Position numbers and translations under genes: made by a program | In this document: piece after piece, positions 48,177 to 57,505 of the stretch | Layout of the letters: each line of letters opens with the position of its first letter | How positions within the stretch are numbered: position 1 is the first letter of the stretch | The notes under the pieces: model-generated | Told to the model about the DNA's origin: nothing | Seen by the model: the letters and a program-made list of their open reading frames with translations, nothing else | Databases searched by the model: none | Source: Candidatus Bathyarchaeota archaeon | GTDB taxonomy: Archaea > Thermoproteota > Bathyarchaeia > Bathyarchaeales > Bathycorpusculaceae | Length of the DNA: 64,000 nt | Direction: 5' to 3' | Assembly (NCBI GenBank): GCA_963775465.1 | Contig: CAVZIW010000003.1 | Location: forward strand, 96,001 to 160,000

Positions 48177-49658
48177 ATAGGCTGCGGTATCTTTGGTGCA
48201 ATAAACTACGAGAAACAACCAGTTTTTCCCTACGTTTACTGGGGTTTACGTGCTCAAAATCATCGAGGTCACCAATCTCATGGTTTCCTCACAAGCAACA
48301 ACAACCAATTCTTTACCTATAAAGCTCTTGATTTAGTTCCGCGTCTAAAGACAACCACTATAAACGAATGGTTCAGTCGCCTTCCAGGCTCAATAGGCAT
48401 CGGAAATGTGCGATATACAACCTCAGGAAAATGCGATGATGTCTCCATAATTGATGGCACCCAACCCGTCGTAGCATCTGCAGGTGGAATAAAGCTCGCA
48501 CTTTCGTTCAACGGCAATATCGTTAACACTTTGCCTCTTAGAAAAGAAATTAATCAAAACTTCGAAAACTTTCTCTACAACTGTGACTCAGACATCGTCT
48601 GCCACAAAATGCTCCTTGAGTTAAAAAATGGCAAAACTTTGGAGGATGCAGCCAGAAACGTTATGGAGAATTTGGATGGCGCTTTCTCCGTAACTGGACT
48701 AACTGGCAATGGTGAATTTTTCGCTTTCAAAGACCCCCATGGAATAAAGCCTCTGTGCGCGGGACATGACCCCAAAAGTAAAACCTATGCCTTTTCCTCC
48801 GAAACCGTAAGCCTTGATATGAACAGTTTTGAACGAGATTTTGAACTCACCCCAGGTGAGCTGGTAATCGCTTCCGAAAATGGATTCAAACGTACACAGC
48901 TAATCGATAATCCTCGCGAAGCTTTTTGCTGTTTTGAATACGCTTATTTTGCCCGACCTGACTCACGTTTCGACGGCAGATTTGTTTATGAAATACGTGA
49001 AGCCTTCGGAAGAAATCTCGTAAAAGAGTTCCCTGATGTTGTTAAGGACAGCGACATCATAATGTCGGTGCCTGAAACTGGGGACGACCCTGCCATGGGC
49101 GTACATGAAGCGTCAGGTCTGCGTTGGGAACGTTCATCAAGACGACACCGCTATGTAACTGAACGGGCCTTCATACTTCTTAACAATGAACGATACTCAA
49201 CCATAGATAAAAAAATCAACATCCTTGGAAGCAAAGTCGCCGGCAAACGAGTTATAGTAGTTGAAGACAGCGTAGTTAGAGGTGACACAACCAAAGTTAT
49301 AATAGAAAAACTCCGTAAAGCAGGCGCCAAAAAAGTTTACCTCTTCGTAACTTTCCCCCGTATCATCGGACCATGCTTTTACGGTATTGACATGTCAACT
49401 TACGGTCAACTGGTTGGCTCTAGACATGATCCAGAAGAAATAGCCAAAATTATCGGTGCCGACGGCGTATGTTATCAATCACTTGAAGGCTTAATTCAAG
49501 CCACTGGACAAACCGAAGGGCAACTCTGCTTGGCTTGTGTAACTGGCAAATATCCGACGTCATGCGCGCAAAGAATGGCAGATGTTATGAAAAAACGTTT
49601 CATTCAGGGCTACGAAGAAAAAGGCAGAATTTACGAATCTGAGGAAATTCAGCCGTAA
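48177..49658 (+). CDS. purF: Amidophosphoribosyltransferase; N-terminus (GCGIFG...HRG) lies upstream of the ORF-track start
   Basis: CGIFG, QNHRGHQSHG, VRYTTSG, FEYAYFARPDS, VEDSVVRGDT, PCFYGIDM, CLACVTGKYP. Confidence 0.93.
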   Translation: MGCGIFGAINYEKQPVFPYVYWGLRAQNHRGHQSHGFLTSNNNQFFTYKALDLVPRLKTTTINEWFSRLPGSIGIGNVRYTTSGKCDDVSIIDGTQPVVASAGGIKLALSFNGNIVNTLPLRKEINQNFENFLYNCDSDIVCHKMLLELKNGKTLEDAARNVMENLDGAFSVTGLTGNGEFFAFKDPHGIKPLCAGHDPKSKTYAFSSETVSLDMNSFERDFELTPGELVIASENGFKRTQLIDNPREAFCCFEYAYFARPDSRFDGRFVYEIREAFGRNLVKEFPDVVKDSDIIMSVPETGDDPAMGVHEASGLRWERSSRRHRYVTERAFILLNNERYSTIDKKINILGSKVAGKRVIVVEDSVVRGDTTKVIIEKLRKAGAKKVYLFVTFPRIIGPCFYGIDMSTYGQLVGSRHDPEEIAKIIGADGVCYQSLEGLIQATGQTEGQLCLACVTGKYPTSCAQRMADVMKKRFIQGYEEKGRIYESEEIQP

Positions 49659-49710
49659 CCGCTATAAAGAATTATCTTTAAGAATAGGTCGTCAAGGGGT
49701 TGTATCTCTG

Positions 49711-51123
49711 ATGGAAAAGATAGGAGTACTGTTGATTTCTTATGGTGCACGAGAAGTTGCTATGGCCGACACACTGCTTCGGAGTCAAAACTACCAGGTT
49801 GAGCTTTATATTGTTGACAAACAACGCAACCCCTTCAACGCAAACCACTCCATCAAACAAGTTGTGATTCCAAGTCTTAATATCCAGGAAACATGCAAAT
49901 TCGCTCAAGCCAACAAGAATAACCTTGACTTTGTTTTAGTCGGTTCAGAAAAACCAATAATTGATGGTGTGCGCGATCTAATCGAAAAAGAGACTGGCAT
50001 ACCCGTGATTTGTCCAATGAAAGCTTACGCAATCGAGAAAAGCAAGGTTGAGCAGCGTTTGCTCTTTGAAGAAATTGCGCCAGAAGCCAATCCGCGATTC
50101 AAAGTTTTTGACCCAGCTGATTATAAGCATAGAGACGTAAAAAGTGACGTTTACAAATGGCTTGATGAATTAGGCAACCAAGCTGTTGTCAAACCCGATA
50201 AGCCAGCTTTAGGAAAAGGTGTCGGTGTGTGGGGCGACCACTTTGTTAACCGAGAGCAGCTTTTTGAGTTTTTCATGTCTAACTTTCTGTACAGTTCAGT
50301 ACTAATCGAAGAAAAAGTTCCTGGGGAAGAATCCAGCTGCATAGGATTCTCCGACGGCAAGCACTTTATTGCTTTGCCGGATACTCGGGACTACAAGCGT
50401 GCATTCGACGATGATAAAGGTCCCAACACGGGCGGAATGGGCTCCTATAAAGACATCACCGATTATCTGCCTTTTTTAACTGCAGCCGACCGTGAACAAG
50501 AAATCGCTTTAGCCGACAAGATCTTTAAAGGCTGGAAAGCAAAAATCCCCGACGATAAAGCCCTTCGAGGGGTCCCGTTATACCTCGCGTTTATGCATAC
50601 AGGCAAAGGAATTAAGGTTCTAGAAATTAACAGTCGTCCAGGCGACCCCGAAATTATGAACCTTCTTCCTATAATCAAAGATGACTTTGTCGATGTATGT
50701 CTCAAGATGGTGGATGGCAGCCTCAAGGGTGTTGCCACAGATAAGTCTGCTACAGTTTTAACCTACAAAGTGCCTGCAGACTATGGTGGTTACCTGCAAG
50801 AATTCCCAGATAAAGTTGATAAATCCTCAATTGATGGTCCCGTCGACTTGATCAAGGCAGAAGCGCTCTCTGAAAAATTCGGCGATAACATTCGTATTTA
50901 TCCTGGCTCTATGGAACTTCGTGAAGGCAAAAATTATGCGTTAAAATCCCGTGCCATCGGAATCTTAGGTATTGCTGACAATATTGAAGAAGCTCGCCAA
51001 ATTAGCCTAGAAGGTGCTCAAGCAGTCAGGGGTGGTGCACTCTGGAACCGTACCGACATTGCAGCAAAACAACACATCCAAAGAAGCATCGCCCATATGG
51101 AGCTGTTGAGGCGCAAGGTTTGA
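49711..51123 (+). CDS. purD: Phosphoribosylamine-glycine ligase
   Basis: YGARE, GKGVGV, EEKVPGEESS, DYKRAFDDDKGPNTGGMGS, EINSRPGDPE, RTDI. Confidence 0.93.
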   Translation: MEKIGVLLISYGAREVAMADTLLRSQNYQVELYIVDKQRNPFNANHSIKQVVIPSLNIQETCKFAQANKNNLDFVLVGSEKPIIDGVRDLIEKETGIPVICPMKAYAIEKSKVEQRLLFEEIAPEANPRFKVFDPADYKHRDVKSDVYKWLDELGNQAVVKPDKPALGKGVGVWGDHFVNREQLFEFFMSNFLYSSVLIEEKVPGEESSCIGFSDGKHFIALPDTRDYKRAFDDDKGPNTGGMGSYKDITDYLPFLTAADREQEIALADKIFKGWKAKIPDDKALRGVPLYLAFMHTGKGIKVLEINSRPGDPEIMNLLPIIKDDFVDVCLKMVDGSLKGVATDKSATVLTYKVPADYGGYLQEFPDKVDKSSIDGPVDLIKAEALSEKFGDNIRIYPGSMELREGKNYALKSRAIGILGIADNIEEARQISLEGAQAVRGGALWNRTDIAAKQHIQRSIAHMELLRRKV

Positions 51124-52196
51124 AACGAATTTTTGTTTCCGACTGCGAAGGGCCCATCTCAAAAAATGACAACGCGTTTGAGTTGACGGAAAATTTTATT
51201 CCAAACGGAGACAAACTCTTTGCAAACATAAGCAAGTACGACGATGTTCTAGCAGATGTTTTGCGTAAACCAAACTACTGCGCTGGAAGCACACTTAAAT
51301 TAATTTTACCTTTTTTCAAAGCCTATGGAATAACAGATGCACAGGTGGAAAAGTTTTCAGCCCAAAATATCATCTTAATCACGAACACGAAAACAACGCT
51401 AAGTTACGTGCAATCCATAACCTCTTCCTTTATTGTAAGCACCAGCTATGAACACTACATCAAAGCTCTCTGCAAAGCAGTGGATTTCCCCTACAAGAAC
51501 ACCTATTGCACCAAAGTGAACCTCAACAAATTAGGTATCACTCCACAAGAAAAGGAACGCCTCAAAGAAATAGCTCAAGAAATCACTCAAATGCCCCTAA
51601 TTGACATTCCTCCCAACACGAAAACTCCCAAAGACTTTTCTGCTAACGATAGGATGTCAATTCAAAGATTAAACGAAATTTTCTGGGACATAATCCCAAA
51701 AATGTTTGTGGGAAAATTCCTTCTCGATGTCGTAACAGTTGGGGGGGAACAGAAAGCTGACGCTATCCGTGACTCAACTAAACGATTATGTTCCAAGTTA
51801 TCAGATGTCATGTATGTGGGTGATAGCATAACAGATGGGGAAGCTTTCAAACTCGTCCGTAGCAACGGAGGTCTAAGTGTATCGTTTAACGGTAACGGTT
51901 ATGCACTTAAGAACGCAGAAGTTGCGGTAATGTCAGAAAGCAACCTTGTCATTGCTGTCATTGCTGACTTATTTTGCAAGTTAGGCACAAAGGAAAGTCT
52001 CAAAATATTCAATTCTTGGAACATAGAAGCGCTAAAGGATAAGGTGGACACGATCTTACTGAAAAAACTTTTAGCACAAAGCAATGGGTTGCCGAAAGTT
52101 CAAATAGTTACGGCAGAAAATATGGAATCACTCGTAGAAGAGAGCTGTGAATTCCGAAAAAAGGTTCGCGGAACGGCAGTAGGGAGACTTGGATAA
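51120..52196 (+). CDS. HAD-superfamily hydrolase of the EhaR-like family
   Basis: FVSDCEGPISKNDNAFEL, VSTSY, GGEQK, YVGDSITD, SFNGN.YA. Confidence 0.75.
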   Translation: MKRIFVSDCEGPISKNDNAFELTENFIPNGDKLFANISKYDDVLADVLRKPNYCAGSTLKLILPFFKAYGITDAQVEKFSAQNIILITNTKTTLSYVQSITSSFIVSTSYEHYIKALCKAVDFPYKNTYCTKVNLNKLGITPQEKERLKEIAQEITQMPLIDIPPNTKTPKDFSANDRMSIQRLNEIFWDIIPKMFVGKFLLDVVTVGGEQKADAIRDSTKRLCSKLSDVMYVGDSITDGEAFKLVRSNGGLSVSFNGNGYALKNAEVAVMSESNLVIAVIADLFCKLGTKESLKIFNSWNIEALKDKVDTILLKKLLAQSNGLPKVQIVTAENMESLVEESCEFRKKVRGTAVGRLG

Positions 52197-53113
52197 TGGG
52201 TAAACCAGTAATTGAAGATACTTTCATAGAAACCTTTGCAGGAATATTTTGTCGAGTAATCGTGACTGCAGATGATGATGACACTCTTCGTCATGCTGCT
52301 GAGGATTCCACTTCTACGCCATCAGTAGTTATCGGTCGAACAGAGGGTGGAATTGAAAAATACCTTACCCCAAACGAAACTCCCGACAAACGTATTGGTG
52401 CGATTTTGCAGTTCTGGGGCGAAATAAATCCTAAAAAAACCTTCCAAGAGTCCTTAAACAAGTTTGAAACTGAGCTTTCTTATCGCATCCGTCAAGACAT
52501 CCTCGTAAAACCATTCACGGCAGTTTTTGACGCTTTGCCAAATCCCGCGGGCAAACTAGATATGATGGAAAAGGTTGGCCATTGCGGGGACGGGTTCGAA
52601 TGGATCGAGAAACGCCATGGAAGAGAAGTTATTGTTGTGCCCTTAATGGTTCCTGACTTTGTTATTGAGCGATGCTTAGGTTATTCCCGTGGTGTGATGG
52701 GTGGAAACTTTTGGGTAATGTGTACCACTAAGCACGCATTAAAAACAGCGGGGGAAAAAGCTTTAGATGCTATCCACCAAATTAGCGGTGTCGTAACGAC
52801 CTTTGACATTTGCTCCGCTGGCTCAAAACCTGAAACCCATTTTCCAAAGATTGGACCAACTACAAACCATCTCTATTGTCCCTCGCTTAGGACTCGGTTA
52901 GGAAAAGAATCCAAGGTTCCAGAGGGTGTCAAGTACATCGCTGAAATCGTTTATAATGGTGTATCATTGGCAGCAATCAAAGAAGCCGCGAAAGTAGGGA
53001 TAGCCGCTGTCTTAGATGTTGAAGGCGTTATGCGGGTTTCCGCTGGTAACTACGACGGAAAACTTGGGCAATACAAAATTCAACTCAAGGAGCTTTTCAA
53101 TGACAAAGTTTGA
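52196..53113 (+). CDS. Divergent formylmethanofuran:H4MPT formyltransferase-like protein (Ftr2/EhaS-like)
   Basis: IEDTF.E.F, ETPD.R.G, GDG.E, GGNF, TN..YCP, EIV.NG, SAGNY.GKLG retained; substrate-loop motifs differ from canonical Ftr. Confidence 0.85.
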   Translation: MGKPVIEDTFIETFAGIFCRVIVTADDDDTLRHAAEDSTSTPSVVIGRTEGGIEKYLTPNETPDKRIGAILQFWGEINPKKTFQESLNKFETELSYRIRQDILVKPFTAVFDALPNPAGKLDMMEKVGHCGDGFEWIEKRHGREVIVVPLMVPDFVIERCLGYSRGVMGGNFWVMCTTKHALKTAGEKALDAIHQISGVVTTFDICSAGSKPETHFPKIGPTTNHLYCPSLRTRLGKESKVPEGVKYIAEIVYNGVSLAAIKEAAKVGIAAVLDVEGVMRVSAGNYDGKLGQYKIQLKELFNDKV

Positions 53114-54014
53114 TGTAATAGGTTTTGGCGCTCTTAACGTAGATACTCTTCTAAAAGTTGACAAAATTGCTGTCGCAGAAGAGGAAAGTTACATACGTGA
53201 TTACACAGAGGCATGCGGCGGTTCAGCTGCAAACACTATGGTAGCGCTGGCTCGTTTAGGTTGCAAAGTGGGCTTCATAGGTAAAGTCGCGAATGACCAC
53301 GAAGGTAGCCTTCAAATTGATTGCTTCAAAACTGAAGGTGTAGACACAGGAGGAATTATCCAAACAAACAAAGGCAAAAGTGGAATGGTGCTTGGCTTAG
53401 TAGATAAAAAAGGTGCACGAGCACTCTACATCAACTCAGGTGTTAACGACCTAATTGAGCCACGCGAATTAAAGTGGGAATATGTTTCCCAAACGCAATT
53501 TCTTCACCTCTCATCATTTGTAGGCGAAAAATCTTTTCGAACACAAAAAAAACTCTTAACATCCTTGCCAAGTAACATCAAAATCAGCTTTGACCCAGGC
53601 TCAGTGTATGCGCAAAAAGGCTTCGCTGCGATTGAACCGATAATACAAAACTCCTATGTTATGATGCCAAACGCGTTGGAGCTTGAACTTTTAACAGGCG
53701 AAAGTAATTATCCGAAAGGCTCAAGGCATCTGTTAGATATGGGTGTTAAAATTGTTGCTGTCAAGCTTGGTAAGAAGGGTTGTTACATAACCAACGGTCA
53801 AGAAAAGCGTACTATTGAACCTTTTAGAGTTCCAGTAGCTGATACTACAGGTGCAGGTGACGCTTTTAACGCAGGCTTTTTGTACGGCTTAATCAACAAT
53901 AAACCTTTAGCTGAATGTGGTAAGCTTGGAAATTTTGTAGCTTCCCAAAGCATAATGAAAATGGGTGCCAGAGCTGGCTTGCCTTATGAAAAGGATTTAG
54001 AACTTTTTGGTTAG
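53100..54014 (+). CDS. PfkB/ribokinase-family carbohydrate or nucleoside kinase
   Basis: GALNVD, GGSAANT, FDPG, PN..E, DTTGAGDAFNAG; ATG at 53100 overlaps the ftr-like gene by 14 nt. Confidence 0.9.
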   Translation: MTKFDVIGFGALNVDTLLKVDKIAVAEEESYIRDYTEACGGSAANTMVALARLGCKVGFIGKVANDHEGSLQIDCFKTEGVDTGGIIQTNKGKSGMVLGLVDKKGARALYINSGVNDLIEPRELKWEYVSQTQFLHLSSFVGEKSFRTQKKLLTSLPSNIKISFDPGSVYAQKGFAAIEPIIQNSYVMMPNALELELLTGESNYPKGSRHLLDMGVKIVAVKLGKKGCYITNGQEKRTIEPFRVPVADTTGAGDAFNAGFLYGLINNKPLAECGKLGNFVASQSIMKMGARAGLPYEKDLELFG

Positions 54015-54815
54015 TTCCTCGATTATACTTTGGAATATTAGTTTGCCGTCGCCGTATTGCCGTTTAAGGTTTTCTCGTGTCCAGTCCGGTTGTTGCCACC
54101 AGTACATGGCTCGCTCAGGGTGGGGCATTAAGCCGAATATATTGCCTTCTTTGTTGCATATCCCTGCGATGTCATGGAATGATCCGTTAGGATTGGATGG
54201 GTATTTGCCGTTGGCTTCTTCGCCTTTTTTGGCACAATAGCGAAAAACCAACATGTCATTATCCTCGAGTTTCTTTAGGAGCAACTGTTCTTTGTTTTTA
54301 GGGAAGAGCAGTCGCCCTTCTCCATGTGCTATCGGGAGTCGTATTGTTTTTCCCGCCGGGATTTTGCTTGTAAAAACACATTTACCTTGATTTTCTTGTT
54401 TCAAATAAACCCATTCACATTTGAAACCTGCTGGCTCGTTGGTTGTGAGTGTAGCTTCAGGGTAAATGCTTATGCCATTAAAACCTGGAAGCAATCCATA
54501 TTCTACGAGAATTTGAAAGCCATTACAGATGCCGAGTATTGGTCTGCCTTCATCAACAAATTTTTCCATTTCTTTGCCTAATTGAGTTGAGAGATGCCTA
54601 GCGAAGATGACGCCTGAGCGCACGTAATCACCAAACGAAAATCCTCCCGGAAACACTAGAATGTTGTAATCAAGCAGATTTTTTCTTTTGCTCAGCTCGT
54701 TAAAGTGGACTATTTCTGCTTTCACGTCGAGCTCTGTAAATGCCCGTTGCGTCTCTACATCACAGTTCGTTCCGCCAACACGTAAAACACAGACTTTGAT
54801 GTCTTCTATCTTCAA
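53997..54815 (-). CDS. purQ: FGAM synthase glutaminase subunit
   Basis: GTNCD, PGGFSFGD, GICNGFQ, HGEG, NPNGS, MPHPER. Confidence 0.96.
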   Translation of the reverse strand: MKIEDIKVCVLRVGGTNCDVETQRAFTELDVKAEIVHFNELSKRKNLLDYNILVFPGGFSFGDYVRSGVIFARHLSTQLGKEMEKFVDEGRPILGICNGFQILVEYGLLPGFNGISIYPEATLTTNEPAGFKCEWVYLKQENQGKCVFTSKIPAGKTIRLPIAHGEGRLLFPKNKEQLLLKKLEDNDMLVFRYCAKKGEEANGKYPSNPNGSFHDIAGICNKEGNIFGLMPHPERAMYWWQQPDWTRENLKRQYGDGKLIFQSIIEELTKKF

Positions 54816-57199
54816 TTCAGTCCTTCCTCAGGGCTAAGGGTTTTCTTCCAACTGTTTCTAAGTGTTTCAAGAGAGGCGTCAATAACAACTTTTCCGTTCA
54901 AACCTTTGATTATTATTTTCTGTTCTTCGGTTACTTTGCCAATCAATGAGCAGACTTTGCCTTTCATCAAATCCTCAAAATCTTCTTTGTCTGCTTCTGT
55001 GACTTCAACGATGAAGCGGCTGTTAGATTCAGAAAATAGCACGAAATCATTTCGAGTTAATTCTTTGCCTGAAACCTTTTTGAGTTCAATTTCTAAGCCT
55101 AAACCACCTGCAAACGACATCTCTGCTACCGCAACTGCTAGTCCACCTTCAGAGATGTCATGGCATGATTTAATTAAGCCTCTATCAATTGCAGAGGTGA
55201 CCGCTTTGAAAGTTCGTTTGGCTTTGGCGCCTCTGACTTTGGGCACGGATGCTCCGAGGTAGCCTTTAAGTTTGTAGTATTCTGATCCCCCTAGCTCGTT
55301 GAAGGTGTCGCCAACAATGTATATACAGTTGCCCACAGTTTTAAGATCTACACTGATAGTATTTTGGATGTTGGGAATTACACCAATCCCCGTTATGAGC
55401 AGAGTAGGTGTCACGGGTCCCATTGGGGATTCGTTGTAAAGGCTGTCCTTGCCAGAAATAAACGGCGTCTTAAACGCAACAGCAAAATCGTAGCATGCCT
55501 CACAAGCTCGAACTAGAGAGCCTAACCGTTCTGGTTTTTCCGGATTACCCCAAGTGAAGTTATCCAAAAGCGAAATCCTCCTTCCGCCCACAGCGACGTT
55601 GTTGCGTATCGCTTCATCTATTGCCGAAGCTGCCATCCAATAAGCATCGATTTTGCCATAGTTAGGGTTCATGCCGCAGGAAATCGTTAGCCCTTTAAAT
55701 GAATCATCCAGGGGTTTGAGAACTGCCGCGTCGTTTGGTCCAGCATAATCGCCTTGCAAGGGCTTAAGGAGTGTGTTACCTTTGACTTCATGGTCATAGG
55801 TGCGTATCACAGATTCTTTGCTCGCAATGTTGGGGGCTGAAAGTAATCTTATTAGGGTTTCATTCAAATTAGTTGGTTCAGAAAATTCTGGTTCTTTGAG
55901 AATATTGTTTTTAATGGTTGCAACTTTGGAGCTTTGACAAGGATTGAACATAAACTCCATTTCGATATCACTAACTATGTCGTCTTTGTACTTGAGTCGG
56001 AGGCGTCTCTCGGGAATCAAAGTTCCAATTGCTGTGGCAACAACGTCTTCTTTTTCAAAAACTTCCATAACTCTCTCCAAGTTTTCAGGTGGGATTACTA
56101 ATAGCATGCGTTCTTGGGATTCGGATAGATAGATTTCCCAAGGGGCTATGCTCTGGTATTTCAAAGGTACTTTGGCAAGGTCTACTGATACACCGCAGTT
56201 GAATCGTTCAGCGGTTTCGCCTACCGCAGAAGATAAACCTCCACCGCCTATGTCTGTTACCGCCGAACCCAGCTGAAGGTCTCGAATCTCCACAACTGCA
56301 CGTTTAACTTTCTCTTCCTCGATGGGGTCAGCAATTTGAACAGCTGGGCGCGAGATCTCCTCAGATTTTTCGGTGAGTTCTGCTGAGGCAAAAGTCACCC
56401 CGTGGATGCCGTCGCGTCCTGTCTTGCCGCCTGCCAAAACCACAAAGTCGCCGACCTTACCATTTTTGGCGTATTTTTTTAGGGGTAACAACCCGATACA
56501 GCCACAGTAAACGATAACGTTTCCAGTATAACTGTCATCGAAGTATATGGCGCCATTGACGGTGGGGATGCCCATATTATTTCCATAAGCGCTGATGCCT
56601 GCTGTTACACCCATATATACGTACTTTGGATGTTTAACACCTGCTGGCAGCTTGTTGTAATCGAAATCTAATGGGCCAAAACCCAAAACGTCAGTGCATG
56701 CGATCGGGTCAGCCCACACACCCAAGATGTCTCGAATAACACCACCAACACCGGTAGCTGCACCCCCAAATGGTTCTACTGCAGAGGGGTGATTGTGAGT
56801 TTCCACTTTTGCTGCTATACCATACCCCATATCAAATTTCACGATACCCGCGTTATCTTCGAAAACGCTAACGCACCATGGCGCCCTTATTTGTTTGGTA
56901 GCTTTGGCAATGTAAGTTTTAAAGAGACTTTGGATTTCTTTGTTGTCGAGTTCAATTTTGCCTTTAAAGGTTTTGTGACAACAGTGTTCACTCCAAGTTT
57001 GGCTTATTGTCTGCAGTTCCACATCAGTTGGATTACGTTTTTCTTTTTTGAAATAAGCCTGAATGACTTTGAGTTCTTCTGCACTAAACCCAAGCGAAAG
57101 TTCACTGTTTATTTCGGCAAGCTGCTCTTCGGTGGCTCTTGCTATTGAAAACTCCAATATTGAGTTACTTTTGCGTTGAGTGATTAGTTTAGGGTTCAT
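54812..57199 (-). CDS. purL: FGAM synthase synthetase subunit
   Basis: WSEHC.HK, ETHNHPS, GGAATG, DGIHG, SESQER, HDISEGG. Confidence 0.97.
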   Translation of the reverse strand: MNPKLITQRKSNSILEFSIARATEEQLAEINSELSLGFSAEELKVIQAYFKKEKRNPTDVELQTISQTWSEHCCHKTFKGKIELDNKEIQSLFKTYIAKATKQIRAPWCVSVFEDNAGIVKFDMGYGIAAKVETHNHPSAVEPFGGAATGVGGVIRDILGVWADPIACTDVLGFGPLDFDYNKLPAGVKHPKYVYMGVTAGISAYGNNMGIPTVNGAIYFDDSYTGNVIVYCGCIGLLPLKKYAKNGKVGDFVVLAGGKTGRDGIHGVTFASAELTEKSEEISRPAVQIADPIEEEKVKRAVVEIRDLQLGSAVTDIGGGGLSSAVGETAERFNCGVSVDLAKVPLKYQSIAPWEIYLSESQERMLLVIPPENLERVMEVFEKEDVVATAIGTLIPERRLRLKYKDDIVSDIEMEFMFNPCQSSKVATIKNNILKEPEFSEPTNLNETLIRLLSAPNIASKESVIRTYDHEVKGNTLLKPLQGDYAGPNDAAVLKPLDDSFKGLTISCGMNPNYGKIDAYWMAASAIDEAIRNNVAVGGRRISLLDNFTWGNPEKPERLGSLVRACEACYDFAVAFKTPFISGKDSLYNESPMGPVTPTLLITGIGVIPNIQNTISVDLKTVGNCIYIVGDTFNELGGSEYYKLKGYLGASVPKVRGAKAKRTFKAVTSAIDRGLIKSCHDISEGGLAVAVAEMSFAGGLGLEIELKKVSGKELTRNDFVLFSESNSRFIVEVTEADKEDFEDLMKGKVCSLIGKVTEEQKIIIKGLNGKVVIDASLETLRNSWKKTLSPEEGLN

Positions 57200-57447
57200 T
57201 TCTCTTCAACGACGCTTATGGTGTAATTGTCTTTGGTTGGATTAGCTAATAGACGCTTGCTCATTTCTTCTGCTTTTGCTTTGACTTCTTCAGGCGAGGA
57301 TGCATCTAAGGTAATAATATAGACTTTGCTGACATCTACAGATGCTACTTTGTAACCGAGTTCAACGAGTAATCGCGCTGTGGTTTCACCTTCAGGGTTA
57401 CTGTGCCCTGGTTTAAGGCTAACCTCAATTTTGGCAACATATTTCAT
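57196..57447 (-). CDS. purS: FGAM synthase PurS subunit
   Basis: V.LKPG..PEG, LLANP; position directly upstream of purL. Confidence 0.92.
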   Translation of the reverse strand: MKYVAKIEVSLKPGHSNPEGETTARLLVELGYKVASVDVSKVYIITLDASSPEEVKAKAEEMSKRLLANPTKDNYTISVVEEK

Positions 57448-57505
57448 AGATCCTTAAATTATGCACAGATAATTTAAACACTTTCGTAAAGAAAACTACA
57501 AAATT

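Noticed and set aside
51120-54014. Energy-converting hydrogenase (Eha) locus implied by ehaR/S/T-like genes
   Set aside because: No [NiFe] large/small subunits, membrane subunits or polyferredoxins nearby; context is purine biosynthesis.
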